A stretch of DNA of 40,000 bases. It comes from an uncultured phage cr116_1. The position numbers were made by a program, and so were the translations under genes. This document shows, piece after piece, positions 15,637 to 26,515 of this stretch. The notes under the pieces were generated by a model, which was not told the origin of the DNA, did no database searches, and saw only the letters and a list, made by a program, of their open reading frames with translations. Where the stretch lies: the sequence record MT774389.1; one strand, 5' to 3'. Positions within the stretch are counted from its first letter, which is position 1. Every line of letters begins with the position of its first letter.

Positions 15637-15949
15637 GCTTACTTTCATGGATTGTAAATATGCAGTCCATGAAGAATGTGGTGTAGTAGTAGCTACTGCA
15701 AAGTTTAAGTTTATGAACAAAGAGTTCTCTGTACAAGGAAAGGCTAAGTGTCTTCCATGTATGTTTGATGAACATGAAGGAAAGAGATTAGCTAGAGCTA
15801 GGGCTGAAAGAAGTGCTTATATTATAGCTAGAAATTCAATTAAAGCACTAAAGAAAGATGCAGAAAAAGCACTTAGCATAGTTAATACTAGTCTAGATTT
15901 CTTTAATGATTGTATTTCACATCAAGATGACTATATAGATACATTTTAA
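15623..15949 (+). CDS. Hypothetical protein
   Basis: 108 aa ORF. Confidence 0.7.
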   Translation: MDRIKLTFMDCKYAVHEECGVVVATAKFKFMNKEFSVQGKAKCLPCMFDEHEGKRLARARAERSAYIIARNSIKALKKDAEKALSIVNTSLDFFNDCISHQDDYIDTF

Positions 15950-15951
15950 TT

Positions 15952-16758
15952 ATGATAGAATTACCAACAGAAAGGAGTGTAGTAGATAACTACAATCCTA
16001 AGCTACTCATTATAATGGGTAGACCAAAACAAGGAAAAAGCTCATTTATAGCAGCTATTGATGACAATCTTATTATTGATTTAGAGGATGGATATAGAGC
16101 ACTATCTGTAATGAAAGTACAAGCTAGGTCAATGAAGGACTTGCAGGAAATTAAATCTGCTATTATAGCTAAAGGTAAAGAATTGCATAAAGCTCCTTAC
16201 AGGTTCATAACTATTGATAATGCTACTAGACTTGAAGAAATGAGTATTCCCTATGCAGCAGAGCTTTATAGAAATACTCCTATGGGAGCTGGTTGGGGTT
16301 ATTTAAAGGATAATAAAGGTATGCTTTATAAAGACCCTAAGACAGGTCAACCTATAATAGACCCTAAAGCTGATGTTAGGCTTCTACCTAATGGTAGTGG
16401 TTATCTCTACCTAAGGAAAGCTATCAGACAGATGATAGATATGTTTAAACCACTCTGTGAGACTTTAATCCTAGTTACTCATGTAAAAGACAAACAGATT
16501 AGAAAAGACTCTCAAGAAATGTCTGAAATGTCAGTAGATTTAGCTGGCAAAGCAGCAGACATTATTTGTGGAGAAGCAGATGCAATAGGATTAATCTACA
16601 GAGATGGAAATAAGACCTATATATCTTTTGAAGGAGGAGATAATACAATAAGAGAGGCTAGATGCCCACATCTTAGAGGTAAGAAGATTCTAGTAGCAGA
16701 ATCTAATGAGAATAATGAAGTAAAGTTTGATGCTTCAAAAGTATTTATTAATAATTAA
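15952..16758 (+). CDS. Sak4-like RecA-fold AAA ATPase
   Basis: LLIIMGRPKQGKSSFIAAIDDNLIIDLEDGYRAL; Walker B ETLILVTHVKD. Confidence 0.8.
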   Translation: MIELPTERSVVDNYNPKLLIIMGRPKQGKSSFIAAIDDNLIIDLEDGYRALSVMKVQARSMKDLQEIKSAIIAKGKELHKAPYRFITIDNATRLEEMSIPYAAELYRNTPMGAGWGYLKDNKGMLYKDPKTGQPIIDPKADVRLLPNGSGYLYLRKAIRQMIDMFKPLCETLILVTHVKDKQIRKDSQEMSEMSVDLAGKAADIICGEADAIGLIYRDGNKTYISFEGGDNTIREARCPHLRGKKILVAESNENNEVKFDASKVFINN

Positions 16759-16769
16759 CAACAAACAAA

Positions 16770-17156
16770 ATGGCAAATAAAGAATTTACAAAGTTTGAGC
16801 TGGCAAGAATGAGGAGAACAGCTCAGAATGTTGAGGGTTTCCTCAAGCAGAAGAACAAATTGGAAGAAAAGAAGGCTAAAATTGAGGAGGAGTTGAGTAT
16901 TATTAATCAGCAGATTGAACTCACTGATGCTCCTACTGTAGCTATGACAGGCTATCATACAGAGGACATTATTAAGAAGGTAGTAACTCCTACTGACCAA
17001 GTAGATAAGAATGGTAATATTATCAAGAAGGTTACATTTGAGTTTATCTATCCTGATACTATTATTCCTCCTGTAAAAGAAGAACCTGTAGTAGATGCTC
17101 CATCTTCTACAGAAAATGATGAGACTACTATTAATGAGAATGATTTTGCACTTTAA
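16770..17156 (+). CDS. Coiled-coil hypothetical protein
   Basis: 128 aa ORF. Confidence 0.75.
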   Translation: MANKEFTKFELARMRRTAQNVEGFLKQKNKLEEKKAKIEEELSIINQQIELTDAPTVAMTGYHTEDIIKKVVTPTDQVDKNGNIIKKVTFEFIYPDTIIPPVKEEPVVDAPSSTENDETTINENDFAL

Positions 17157-17183
17157 TTATTAACAATAAAATATTTATAAACA

Positions 17184-18131
17184 ATGGCAATTAGTAAAGG
17201 TAATGCTTCAAAGGAGGCTCAGGAGTTTAAGAGATACATTGGAGTTTGTCCAGTATTTGTTAAAGCAGTAAATCCTAATAAGGCAGAGCATGAAAAGCTT
17301 TTTAATACTACTTTGGAGGAAGCTCCTGTATATGTACAGGATAAGGAAGATAATGAGGGTAACTCTTATAAGAATGTAAGAATCAGTGTAGTAATGCAGC
17401 CTGATGTAGAGAAGATTGGCTTTGAGATGCCTCTTGTAACTATGCCTCTCTTTGTTTCTAATCAGAAGCAATTTGGTGCTAAGTCTGGTAAGTATCAGGT
17501 GGTAGATAAATATGGTAGGTTTGCTTGGGCAACAGAAGCAGAGATTTCTGCCAAGGAAATTCCTACATACAGCAATGGTAAGAAGGCTGACATCAGCAAT
17601 GATTATAGAATTGCTTTTGTTGGTGAGGAAGACCTTACTGCTTTCATTAGGGCATTCTTGTGTATTCCTAGTATCACTAAGTGGGACAATGATGAAAAGT
17701 GCATGGTTCCTAACAATGATGTTAAACCTGAGGAATGTGAGTGTAGGCTTGAAGTAAAATCATTTGAGAAGCTCTTCAAGGGTGATTTCTCAGAGATTAA
17801 AGATATTCTTGGATTCCAGCCTAACAATAAGGTAAAAGTTTGTCTTGGTGTAAGAACAGATGCAAACTCTGGTAAGCTGTTTCAGTCTGTATATACTAAG
17901 AAGTTTATGAGCAATGCTTCTACAAACTATAACAGTCTTGACAAGATGTTGCAGGCAGATGCTTCTTATGCTGCTGAGAATAATAAGGTACTTAACACAG
18001 AATATTCTGCTGAGACAGTACATGAGTATTCTGTAACTCCTACTAACTTCTCTGCTGCTCCTGAGGCTGCACCATCAGGTGATATGCCATTTGATGGTCC
18101 TTCAGAGGATGCAGCTTACCCATTTGCATAG
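17184..18131 (+). CDS. Phage single-stranded DNA-binding-like protein
   Basis: Position between Sak4 and primase; acidic/hydrophobic C-terminal tail MPFDGPSEDAAYPFA. Confidence 0.7.
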   Translation: MAISKGNASKEAQEFKRYIGVCPVFVKAVNPNKAEHEKLFNTTLEEAPVYVQDKEDNEGNSYKNVRISVVMQPDVEKIGFEMPLVTMPLFVSNQKQFGAKSGKYQVVDKYGRFAWATEAEISAKEIPTYSNGKKADISNDYRIAFVGEEDLTAFIRAFLCIPSITKWDNDEKCMVPNNDVKPEECECRLEVKSFEKLFKGDFSEIKDILGFQPNNKVKVCLGVRTDANSGKLFQSVYTKKFMSNASTNYNSLDKMLQADASYAAENNKVLNTEYSAETVHEYSVTPTNFSAAPEAAPSGDMPFDGPSEDAAYPFA

Positions 18132-18137
18132 TAGACT

Positions 18138-18700
18138 ATGATAGGTAAAGGCAGCAAATCAAAAGAACCTTATTTAAACTTGAGTAATTTAACTCAAGCT
18201 GATATTGCTGCTTACTACTTAAATATTAAGTCTATTCCTAGCTTAATACATAGTCCACTAAGACAAGATACTAAGCCTTCTTTTGCTTTATACTGTCCTA
18301 AAGGTACTGAAGTTAATTATAGAGATTTCAGTACTGGAGAATCAGGTACTATATGGACTTTATTAACTAAAATGTGGAACTGTAGTGTTGCTGAAGCAGC
18401 TGCTAGAGTATACAATGATTTAGGTGATAAGTCCTATGGTACTAAGGTTGGTGTTAGTAGTTTTGAGACAAGACATTGTAGGATAAATACTCAAATTGAC
18501 CTTCAATGTAAGGTAAGAGAATGGAGAGATTATGACTTAGAATACTGGGGTTCTTATGGAATATCATTAAAATGGTTGAAGTATGCAGATGTATATCCTA
18601 TATCTCATAAAATAGTCATTAAAAATGGTATAAGTTATGTTTTTGGAGCTGATAAATATGCTTATGTTTATGTAGAGTTTAAAGAAGGTAAGGTAACTCT
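18138..18700 (+). CDS. DNA primase, exon 1
   Basis: CHC2-like N-terminal region SPLRQDTKPSFALYCPKGTEVNYRDFSTGESGTIWTLL; continues in exon 2. Confidence 0.8.
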
Positions 18701-19269
18701 TAAACTTAATTTTGAGTGCCCTATGAGAAATCATAGGAGTAGAATCTCCCTAATTAAACAATTAAAGAATGTCTCAAGAAATACTTTACAATCGCTAGTT
18801 TCTCTATTGAGTTCCTAGAACGAGATTTAATAGGATTGATTCTTTAATTGCGACAGAAACCTCATCTATGGTGACATAGGTTTTGGTGATGACGAGCTAA
18901 ATTGAATTTATATAAAATGATTGGTATTTTCCGAGACTAGGCAAAAAATACTAATAAGTTTAAATACAAAGTTTTATATTTCATAAATGTGTAGAGACTA
19001 TAGAGGAGATACCTAAGTTTAAGTTTACGAAGAATAGTTAATTTATATACTGTTCACCTAATTATTTAGGTATTACAATAAGGAGTGCACAACTTAAATA
19101 TGGTAATGAAATAGTCCAGACCACAAAGACTAAAAGGTGAGTAATAACAGGTTATATCGTTAAATATAACAGGCGAATGAAAGTAATTCGTTAAGCCTAA
19201 CTCTTCTTGGAGAAATATACAAAAAACATAGAGCCAAAGAGTCTGCTTATGTAAAAGTAAGTGTGGTAG
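18701..19269 (+). ncRNA. ORF-less group I intron in primase
   Basis: Protein continuity VTL/KIYQPFNKQGYKW, P1 ACTCT/GGAGT ending in U.G, P7 halves GACTA and TAGTC. Confidence 0.8.
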
Positions 19270-19729
19270 GAAAATTTACCAACCCTTCAATAAACAAGGA
19301 TATAAATGGAGCAGTAATATAGACAAGTCAGTATGGAGTCTTTGGACTAAAATTCCTAAAAGAGGAGATAACTTAATTATATCTTCATCAGTAAAAGATT
19401 GTCTAAATATAATGTGTAATCTCAAAATACCCTCAATTTGTTTACAAGGGGAGGGTTATTTGCCTAAACCCCAAGTAATAGATACATTAAAATCGAGATA
19501 TAAGAACATTATAGTATTCTTTGATAATGATTTTAATAACTCTGATAATCCAGGGCATAAAGACGCTGAGAGATTATGTAAAGAGTATGCTTTTAAAATG
19601 GTGGAAATACCAAAAGAGTATAAGTCTAAAGACCCTTCTGACTTATTTAAAAATTATGGGAAAAATAAGTACTTAGAAATAATGAAAGAAATCCTTAAAG
19701 ACGTATTATGGAAGAGTGGAAACCTATAG
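19270..19729 (+). CDS. DNA primase, exon 2 (Toprim domain)
   Basis: NLIISSSVKDCLNIMC ... IIVFFDNDFNNSDNPGHKDAERL Toprim-like. Confidence 0.8.
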
Positions 19730-20238
19730 AAGGATATAAGTATTATGAAGTTAGTAATCTAGGTAGAGTAAGAAGTTGGATAAATAATAAATGGAATAAA
19801 AGAAATACTCCAAAACTCCTATCTCTACATAGATTATCTAAAGGGTATCTAGGAGTGTCCTTATATAGTGCTCCAAATACTAGTAAAACTATGAAAGTAC
19901 ATAGACTAGTAGCTAAAGCATTTATTCCCAATCCTAGTAATTTGCCTAAGGTAAATCATAAAGATGAGGATAAGACTAATAATTGTGTTTCCAATCTAGA
20001 ATGGTGTACAAATAATTATAATCTTAATTATGGCACAGCTAGACAAAGAATTTTTGAAACTATTGAAAGAAATGGAGGTTACAAAGTAAGGCATGTTGTT
20101 CAAAGAGACTTAAAAGGAAATATAATTAAAGAGTATAATAGTGCTAATGAAGCTGCTAAAGAATTAGGTATAGACTGTAGCAAAATACTAGTTGCTTGCC
20201 ATAAATCATATAGAGGATTTCTTTGGGACTTTAAGTAG
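19708..20238 (+). CDS. NUMOD4/HNH free-standing homing endonuclease
   Basis: WKPIEGYKYYEVSNLGRVRSW NUMOD4 and VHRLVAKAFIPNPSNLPKVNHKDEDKTNNCVSNLEWCT HNH. Confidence 0.92.
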   Translation: MEEWKPIEGYKYYEVSNLGRVRSWINNKWNKRNTPKLLSLHRLSKGYLGVSLYSAPNTSKTMKVHRLVAKAFIPNPSNLPKVNHKDEDKTNNCVSNLEWCTNNYNLNYGTARQRIFETIERNGGYKVRHVVQRDLKGNIIKEYNSANEAAKELGIDCSKILVACHKSYRGFLWDFK

Positions 20239-20298
20239 TATGTGATAAGTTTTAAATAACAAAGAGCAATTTAAACAAACAATTTTAAGTTTATTTAA

Positions 20299-20547
20299 AT
20301 GAGTAGAAAAGAACTTTATGTAAAGGTTAAGGAGCTTAACCTTCAAGAGGAGATTAAAAAGAAGTATGGTGATAACTATACTAGAGTAGGCAACACAGAG
20401 CTTGAAGCTATTATTGCAAAGCATACAGCTACTACAAGAGAAATAAAGGGTAGTTGTGATAAAGGCTGTAAGTGTGACAAGCTCATTGAAGTCTTGAAGA
20501 AGAAACATATTCTTCTTGATTCAGAGGTTGCATATATTAACTCTTAA
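20299..20547 (+). CDS. Hypothetical protein
   Basis: 82 aa ORF. Confidence 0.65.
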   Translation: MSRKELYVKVKELNLQEEIKKKYGDNYTRVGNTELEAIIAKHTATTREIKGSCDKGCKCDKLIEVLKKKHILLDSEVAYINS

Positions 20548-20606
20548 CAAAGTACTGGGTGAGTGGGATTTAAGTCCTACTCATCTTTTTTTTATTTTAC
20601 TAAGAT

Positions 20607-20964
20607 ATGATAATAAATGCAGATAAAGGTAATATAAAAGTTTTAGGAGACATCCGAGAATTTAAGACCTCAATAGACCCAAAGAATCTTGAGTTTATTA
20701 CCACATTGTTGTCATCTAACTTATATTCTGACCCAGAGCAATCATTCATTAGAGAGATTGTTAGTAATGCTTGGGATAGTCATGTAGAAGCAGGAACAAC
20801 AGATATCCCTGTTATTATCAGATTTAAGAGAAGTAATGATGATGGTTGTTGGGAAGTAACTATTAGAGACTTTGGTACAGGTCTTAGCCCAGAGAGATTC
20901 CAAGAAGTCTATTGTAATATTGGAAGTAGTACTAAGAGGGAAAGTAATGAATTTATTGGTGGGT
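20607..20964 (+). CDS. rIIA-like GHKL ATPase, exon 1
   Basis: FIREIVSNAWDSHVEAG (N box), RDFGTGLSP (G1 box), ending at ...NEFIGG. Confidence 0.85.
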
Positions 20965-21990
20965 TGAATAATTTAATTATATAGGAGAATAAATCTCCTT
21001 ATTTTGTCTCCAATATAAAATATTATTATTAAATTTGCATAACTAAAAAATAAAAGTTATGCTTTATAATAATGAATTTAAGGAAATTAATAATTTAGAG
21101 AAAAGTTATTTACTAGGACTATGGCAAGCAGATGGTACTTTAATAGTAAGTAATAAAGCTTATTCTAGATGTACTAAGCTTAAATTAAAAGAAGAGGATA
21201 AATATTTATTAGAAATTATACATAATAAATACCCTTTCTTTACAAAACCTAAGTTAGAAGTACATAAAAGTGGTAAAAAATCTTATTATATATACTCATT
21301 TAATAAAAATTTATTTAATGATTTATATAATAATGGTATATTGCCCAGAAAAAGTTTTGAAAATGCAAATAAATCATATATGCCAAATCTTAGTAAAGAA
21401 TTATTCTTTGCATATTTACATGGTCTATTTGATGGGGATGGTACTATTAGCATGGATAAATATAATCATATTAGAATAGATTTAGTAGGTAAAAACAAAA
21501 TCTTGTTTGAAAAAATAATTGAAACTCTTGCTTTATATAATATTAAGTCCAAATTATATTATAGAAAGAGTAGAGATTACTATATGATAAGAATCTCCAT
21601 TAAAGAAAGTGTACAATCTTTTATTAATAATTGCAAAAATACACCATTTTGTCTAAAAAGAAAATTTCCTAAATATTTTAATATTGATTGGACTTCTATC
21701 CCTGATTACAAATCTAGAGGTCTAAAAATAAAAGAGGCAATAAAAAGAAAAAAAATGCCAAGCTCACGTTAAATAGGGTGAATTGCTGGAAAGCTAAGGA
21801 GAAATCTATGCTAATCAGCAGCCAAGTATAAAGTACACTTTATAAAGGTTCAGAGACTACCTGAGCAGTTAAGTCTGCTTAATAACAGGAAGTAGCTATA
21901 AGTAATATTATAGTGAAAAAGTGCCCTACTCCTTATTCATAAGGATGAAGATATAGTCCATACTCTATGGAAACATAGAGAGTTACCTAG
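20965..21990 (+). ncRNA. Group I intron in rIIA-like gene
   Basis: Exon join gives IGGFGIGKYS; P1 ATTGG(t)GGGT / GTCTCCAAT ending in U.G; aagatatagtcc S element; encodes LAGLIDADG ORF. Confidence 0.9.
21059..21772 (+). CDS. Intron-encoded LAGLIDADG homing endonuclease
   Basis: SYLLGLWQADGTL and AYLHGLFDGDGTI motifs. Confidence 0.92.
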   Translation: MLYNNEFKEINNLEKSYLLGLWQADGTLIVSNKAYSRCTKLKLKEEDKYLLEIIHNKYPFFTKPKLEVHKSGKKSYYIYSFNKNLFNDLYNNGILPRKSFENANKSYMPNLSKELFFAYLHGLFDGDGTISMDKYNHIRIDLVGKNKILFEKIIETLALYNIKSKLYYRKSRDYYMIRISIKESVQSFINNCKNTPFCLKRKFPKYFNIDWTSIPDYKSRGLKIKEAIKRKKMPSSR

Positions 21991-23813
21991 TTGGCATAGG
22001 CAAATATTCAAGTTTAGCTTGTACTAATACAGTATATATAACTTCTTACTATGAAGGTACAGCATTTCTCTATGTTATGGTTAAGAGTGGAAATACAATT
22101 ACCACTAACTTAGTAATGAAAAAGCCAACAGAGGAAAAGAATGGTGTTGAAGTAACTATCAAGAACATATCTAATATAGTCCCATATAGGAAAGCCTTAA
22201 AGTATATAGTTTTCTTTCCTAATGTTTATGTTGATGGTATTGATAATAAAGTAAATAACACTAAGCTTAAAAGATTCAATAATTTCGCTGTAGCTTCAGA
22301 GCCTATAGACACTAAGATTCTTTTAGGTAATGTACTCTACCCTTGTAACACTAGACTTCTATCTATTTCATCAAGTGACTTCTTAAGAAATATAGAATCC
22401 TCAGGAATTGTAATCAAGTTCAATGTTGGAGAGATAAGTATTACTCCTAATAGAGAGAGTATCATTTATTCAAGTGATACAATAAGCAAAATAGAAGATA
22501 GAATCAAGGCAGCTAAGGCTGAGCTGGATACTATGGTAAGTAATAAGTTTAGCAAAGACTATGATAATCTTTATGAATACTATAAAGTAATATCACATAG
22601 TATATATTATAATCCTTTGGATAATTCCTATGTTTCTACTAAGTATTATAGAATAGGAGGTTATCTTTCTAATGTTGATTCTAGTACTCTAACATTCAAG
22701 GGTTCTACAATTCTCAGAGAATGTAAGGGTTTTCTTAGGTCTTTCTTTGGTATGAAACTTCCTAACTTTAAGGGACTATTCTATAATGATAGATTCTATC
22801 AAAACAAGATTCCATTTAATGTACAAGATAGAACAAAGATGGGAGAAGCTTCAATTATTTTAATTGATAGTCCTAGATTAACAGCAGCAGCTAAGTCTTG
22901 GCTACAAGAGAACTATAACGAATATACTATAATTACAAGCTTTGATAAGACTCAGTTTACAAGTTATATAGAAGCTAATATCTTAGACTTGAAGTTTTAT
23001 CCATTTAAGTATATACTTATAGACTATATGTATGACTACATCATGTCTAAAGTAAAAGTTATAAACTTAGATACAAATGCTGAGTTTTTAGCTTATAAAG
23101 AAGAATTAAAGTCCAATAAGATACCTGTAGTTAAGATTAAAGACTTTATATTGTACATTCAGAGAAGTCCTGATTATAGAGAGAAACGCAACTTTAAGGA
23201 CATTAATTGCTGTATAAAGTATATAAAGAGTCTAAAGAAAGGTGTTATACTTGCTGATATGAAGGAATCAGACAGTTGGTATAGTATTGCAGAGGCTAGA
23301 GGATTTGTATTTATTAGAGCTAGAAAAGAGATAGTAGATGCTTTTCATGAGCTTAAGCCAACATTCTTGGTTAATAAAGACTGGGTATTAAAGGGAGACC
23401 CTACTATAGTTAAGCTTCATACCATAATTGAGTCTTTCAAGGATGTAAGTATGCCAACTAATTATAGTAGCTTTGAAATATTAAACACTGTTCCTACTCC
23501 ATTAAAGAGTAAGTTTAAAGACATAATTAACTTCTATTATAAGTATAGTGGAAACAGAACTTACATGGAAGTTGCAAGTAAATGCACAAAGATAGACCCT
23601 TATGTTAAATCAATGTGTGAAAAGTTTAAGGACCATATTGAGATATATAATAATCTTAGTAAGGAAGTTGAACTTAAGATTTATGGAGAAGAATCTTTGA
23701 AAGATTTACTCATGGCAGCAGTTATAGTTAAAAGCAAAGCTTATAGGATTAATTCTAAAATATATGACAGAGTAAAGAACAACAAACTTTTAAGAGTATT
23801 ATGCAGAAAGTAA
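21991..23813 (+). CDS. rIIA-like GHKL ATPase, exon 2
   Basis: In frame with ORF 22077..23813 and exon 1; FGIGKYSSLACTNTVYI. Confidence 0.85.
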
Positions 23814-24763
23814 TTAAGGTTGACAACAAAGTCACTGTCTTTCTTGAGAATGGAGAAATTGTAGAGAAAGAAGTTACTGAAGATGAGTTTAAGAAGGTTG
23901 TTAAAGCTCAAACAGATGAAGAAGTATTGAACCTTCTATGCCCAGAGTATCAAAAGAGTATAGAGTTACATAACAATGCTTTGACTCTAATTGAGAAGAT
24001 ACAAAAGTCTAAGCTTCTCAGTATGAAAGGTGACGTTGTTTATTGGAAAGAAGTATCTTGTCTTTCTGTGCCTGAAGAGCTTGTAAAAGCTATTATAAAG
24101 GCTGAGGAAGAACATAATGAGTTAAAGATTTCTACTTATAGAAATTTTTGGACTCTTATGTCACTTAATCCTGATGAAAGGTGTAGGAAGAATCTATTTT
24201 GGTTCTTGCAGAAGTATGGTATGACCATTTCAAGATGTGGTTTCTTTGTTGGCTATAGAAATGTAGATAAAACAGAGGAGGAGAATGTATTCACTGACCA
24301 TCACTCTCACACTTTCAAGATTAAAATTGGTAATATGGTTACTATGGACAGAAACAAGTGTGATACTGTACAGGAGAATACTTGCAGTTCTGGTTTGCAC
24401 ATCGGGGGAAAGGGATGGCTGAAGAAGAATTACTATGGTGATACTGGATTAGCTTGTCTTATTAATCCTGCTGATGTGGTTGCAGTGCCTCCATACGATA
24501 ATTATGGAAAGCTTAGAACTTGTGCTTATCTTCCTATGGATATTATACATTATGATAAGAATGACAATGTAATTCCTTTAGATGTAGAAGATGGCTTTGA
24601 CTGTAGTTATGTTACTAAGGTAATCTATGAAGGTACTATGGGAACAAAGGAAGATTCTACTTATAAGATTAATATTCCTGAGATACCTGGAACTACAGTT
24701 GAGAGCATACAGGATAAGCTTCTTGAAATTGCCAAGGAGTGTATTGTATGTAGAGAACTATGA
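23801..24763 (+). CDS. rIIB-like protein
   Basis: ENTCSSGLHIGGKGWL ... CLINPADVVAVPPYDNYGKLRTCAYLPMDI, directly after rIIA-like gene. Confidence 0.75.
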   Translation: MQKVIKVDNKVTVFLENGEIVEKEVTEDEFKKVVKAQTDEEVLNLLCPEYQKSIELHNNALTLIEKIQKSKLLSMKGDVVYWKEVSCLSVPEELVKAIIKAEEEHNELKISTYRNFWTLMSLNPDERCRKNLFWFLQKYGMTISRCGFFVGYRNVDKTEEENVFTDHHSHTFKIKIGNMVTMDRNKCDTVQENTCSSGLHIGGKGWLKKNYYGDTGLACLINPADVVAVPPYDNYGKLRTCAYLPMDIIHYDKNDNVIPLDVEDGFDCSYVTKVIYEGTMGTKEDSTYKINIPEIPGTTVESIQDKLLEIAKECIVCREL

Positions 24764-25437
24764 CAATAGATGAGTATTTTGGAGATTGGATGAAAGTACT
24801 AGATAGAAATGAAACCATGAAAATAATGGGTTGGTTAAGAATAGTCAATAAAGAAACTCTATGTCCTAATATAAAAGATGTGTTTAAAGCATTTAAACTA
24901 TGTCCTTATAATAAATGTAGAGTTATTTTTGTGAGCCAAGACCCATATCCTCAAAAAGGTGTGGCTCAAGGAGTTCTATTTGGTAATTTATCTGATACTC
25001 CAGAAAATAAATTATCTCCTTCCTTGCAAATAATAAAAGAATCAGTTATAAATTTTGAGATTCCACATAATTTGATTACCTTTGACCCCAGTTTAGAGAG
25101 TTGGGCAAAACAAGGTATTCTTATGATTAATTCAGCATTGACTACAGAGGTTGGTAAAATAGGTGTTCACATGATGAAATGGAGACCCTTTATGATTGCT
25201 TTCTTAAAGCAGATGTCAATGATTAATCCAGGAATTATTTATGTACTATTTGGTAGTCAAGCTCAAGTATTAGAGCCTTATATCAATAAGAACAATTATG
25301 TGCTTAAAATTGAACATCCTGCATACTTTGCAAGGACAAATAAAAAGATGCCTTACCATATATGGAAGGATATAAATAAAATACTCTATGACCTTTATGG
25401 AGAAAAGATAGAGTGGTTTAAAGAAGAAAAGTTTTAA
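24760..25437 (+). CDS. ung: Uracil-DNA glycosylase
   Basis: VIFVSQDPYPQKGVAQGVLFGN and PSLQIIKESV...LLNSA-like region, HPAYFART. Confidence 0.88.
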   Translation: MTIDEYFGDWMKVLDRNETMKIMGWLRIVNKETLCPNIKDVFKAFKLCPYNKCRVIFVSQDPYPQKGVAQGVLFGNLSDTPENKLSPSLQIIKESVINFEIPHNLITFDPSLESWAKQGILMINSALTTEVGKIGVHMMKWRPFMIAFLKQMSMINPGIIYVLFGSQAQVLEPYINKNNYVLKIEHPAYFARTNKKMPYHIWKDINKILYDLYGEKIEWFKEEKF

Positions 25438-25452
25438 TTAAATACAAAGAAA

Positions 25453-25983
25453 ATGATGAAGTTTATTGTAGCCAAAAGTGGCAAAGAGATTAATCTTGGT
25501 GATAAAAGCCTTATTGTAGGAGCTGTAAATACTCCCGTTGGTATGATAAAAGCTCAGAAGATTGTTACTGTTACTAAAGAGCTTATGAGTAAGTTTATTA
25601 AGGATGGTAAAGTAAATGTAGTAGAGGAGAAGGACACTAACAAGATTTGGAGTAATGCTATTGAGAGTCTTTCTAAGAAAACTAATTGGAAGGAAGAGAA
25701 GCTTTTGAACATTCTTACTACTCTTCACCTTGCTAATCCTTGGGCTGCAACTCAGATGGTATTGAGAGAAATTGCCATTGAGCTTGATAAAAAGTATGAT
25801 GACCATATCAATAAGAGTGAGAAGATTTATGCTATCTCTCCTCAGGATGGAAGGATTCATGAAATCAACAAGAAGACTGTAAAGAACTACAAGGCATTCC
25901 CTGCTTTCAGAAGTATTGAAGATGCTAAGATTGCTTGTAGCCTTATCAGAGAGCATCTTAAATCAATTTTCAGTAATGCCTAA
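25453..25983 (+). CDS. Hypothetical protein
   Basis: 176 aa ORF. Confidence 0.75.
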   Translation: MMKFIVAKSGKEINLGDKSLIVGAVNTPVGMIKAQKIVTVTKELMSKFIKDGKVNVVEEKDTNKIWSNAIESLSKKTNWKEEKLLNILTTLHLANPWAATQMVLREIAIELDKKYDDHINKSEKIYAISPQDGRIHEINKKTVKNYKAFPAFRSIEDAKIACSLIREHLKSIFSNA

Positions 25984-26515
25984 GAGTAATAAGAAAATCA
26001 GAAATGCCACAGAGTGCAAGTCTGGTAATCTGACCTTTAAATCCCAGCTTGAAAAGAGTGTTTATAATACTCTTGTAGAGCAGGGATTTAATCCACAATA
26101 TGAGCCTAGAACCTATGAATTATGGGGTGGATTTATTCCCTTAACTCCATTCTATGATAAAGAGACAGATACTCAGCAAGCTAAGAGAATTAAGAGTGGT
26201 GACACTGTAAAGAATAGAATGTTGGTATTAAAGACAGGTAAGATTATTGGTATCAGATATACACCAGACTTCTACTTTAGGTATGGTAAATTAGATGTAT
26301 ATATTGAAGCTAAAGGTATAGAGAATGATGTCTTCTACATAAAGAAGAAGTTGTTTAGAAAATACCTAGATGACTGGTTTATTAAGACTAAACAACATTC
26401 AATATACTTCGAGATATACACTAAGAAACAGCTACTTCAAGCTATAGAAATAATCAAGGAGTATGAACCAACTTTATCAAAGGATTCAACAGAATCTACA
26501 ATGTCTACCACCTAA
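25976..26515 (+). CDS. PDDEXK endonuclease-like protein
   Basis: RYTPDFYFRYGKLDVYIEAKGIEND is a PD-...-ExK arrangement; start trimmed to MPKSNKKIRNATECKSG. Confidence 0.75.
   Translation: MPKSNKKIRNATECKSGNLTFKSQLEKSVYNTLVEQGFNPQYEPRTYELWGGFIPLTPFYDKETDTQQAKRIKSGDTVKNRMLVLKTGKIIGIRYTPDFYFRYGKLDVYIEAKGIENDVFYIKKKLFRKYLDDWFIKTKQHSIYFEIYTKKQLLQAIEIIKEYEPTLSKDSTESTMSTT

Noticed and set aside
16755-18023. ORFs 16755..17000(-), 17208..17471(-), 17512..17757(+), 17603..17827(-) and 17790..18023(-)
   Set aside because: Alternative frames inside the coiled-coil and SSB-like genes; no motifs
19743-20508. Minus-strand ORFs 19743..19931 and 20206..20508
   Set aside because: Antisense to the HNH gene and ORF 20299; low-complexity
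21270-21479. Plus-strand ORF of 69 aa inside LAGLIDADG gene
   Set aside because: Out-of-frame reading of the homing endonuclease
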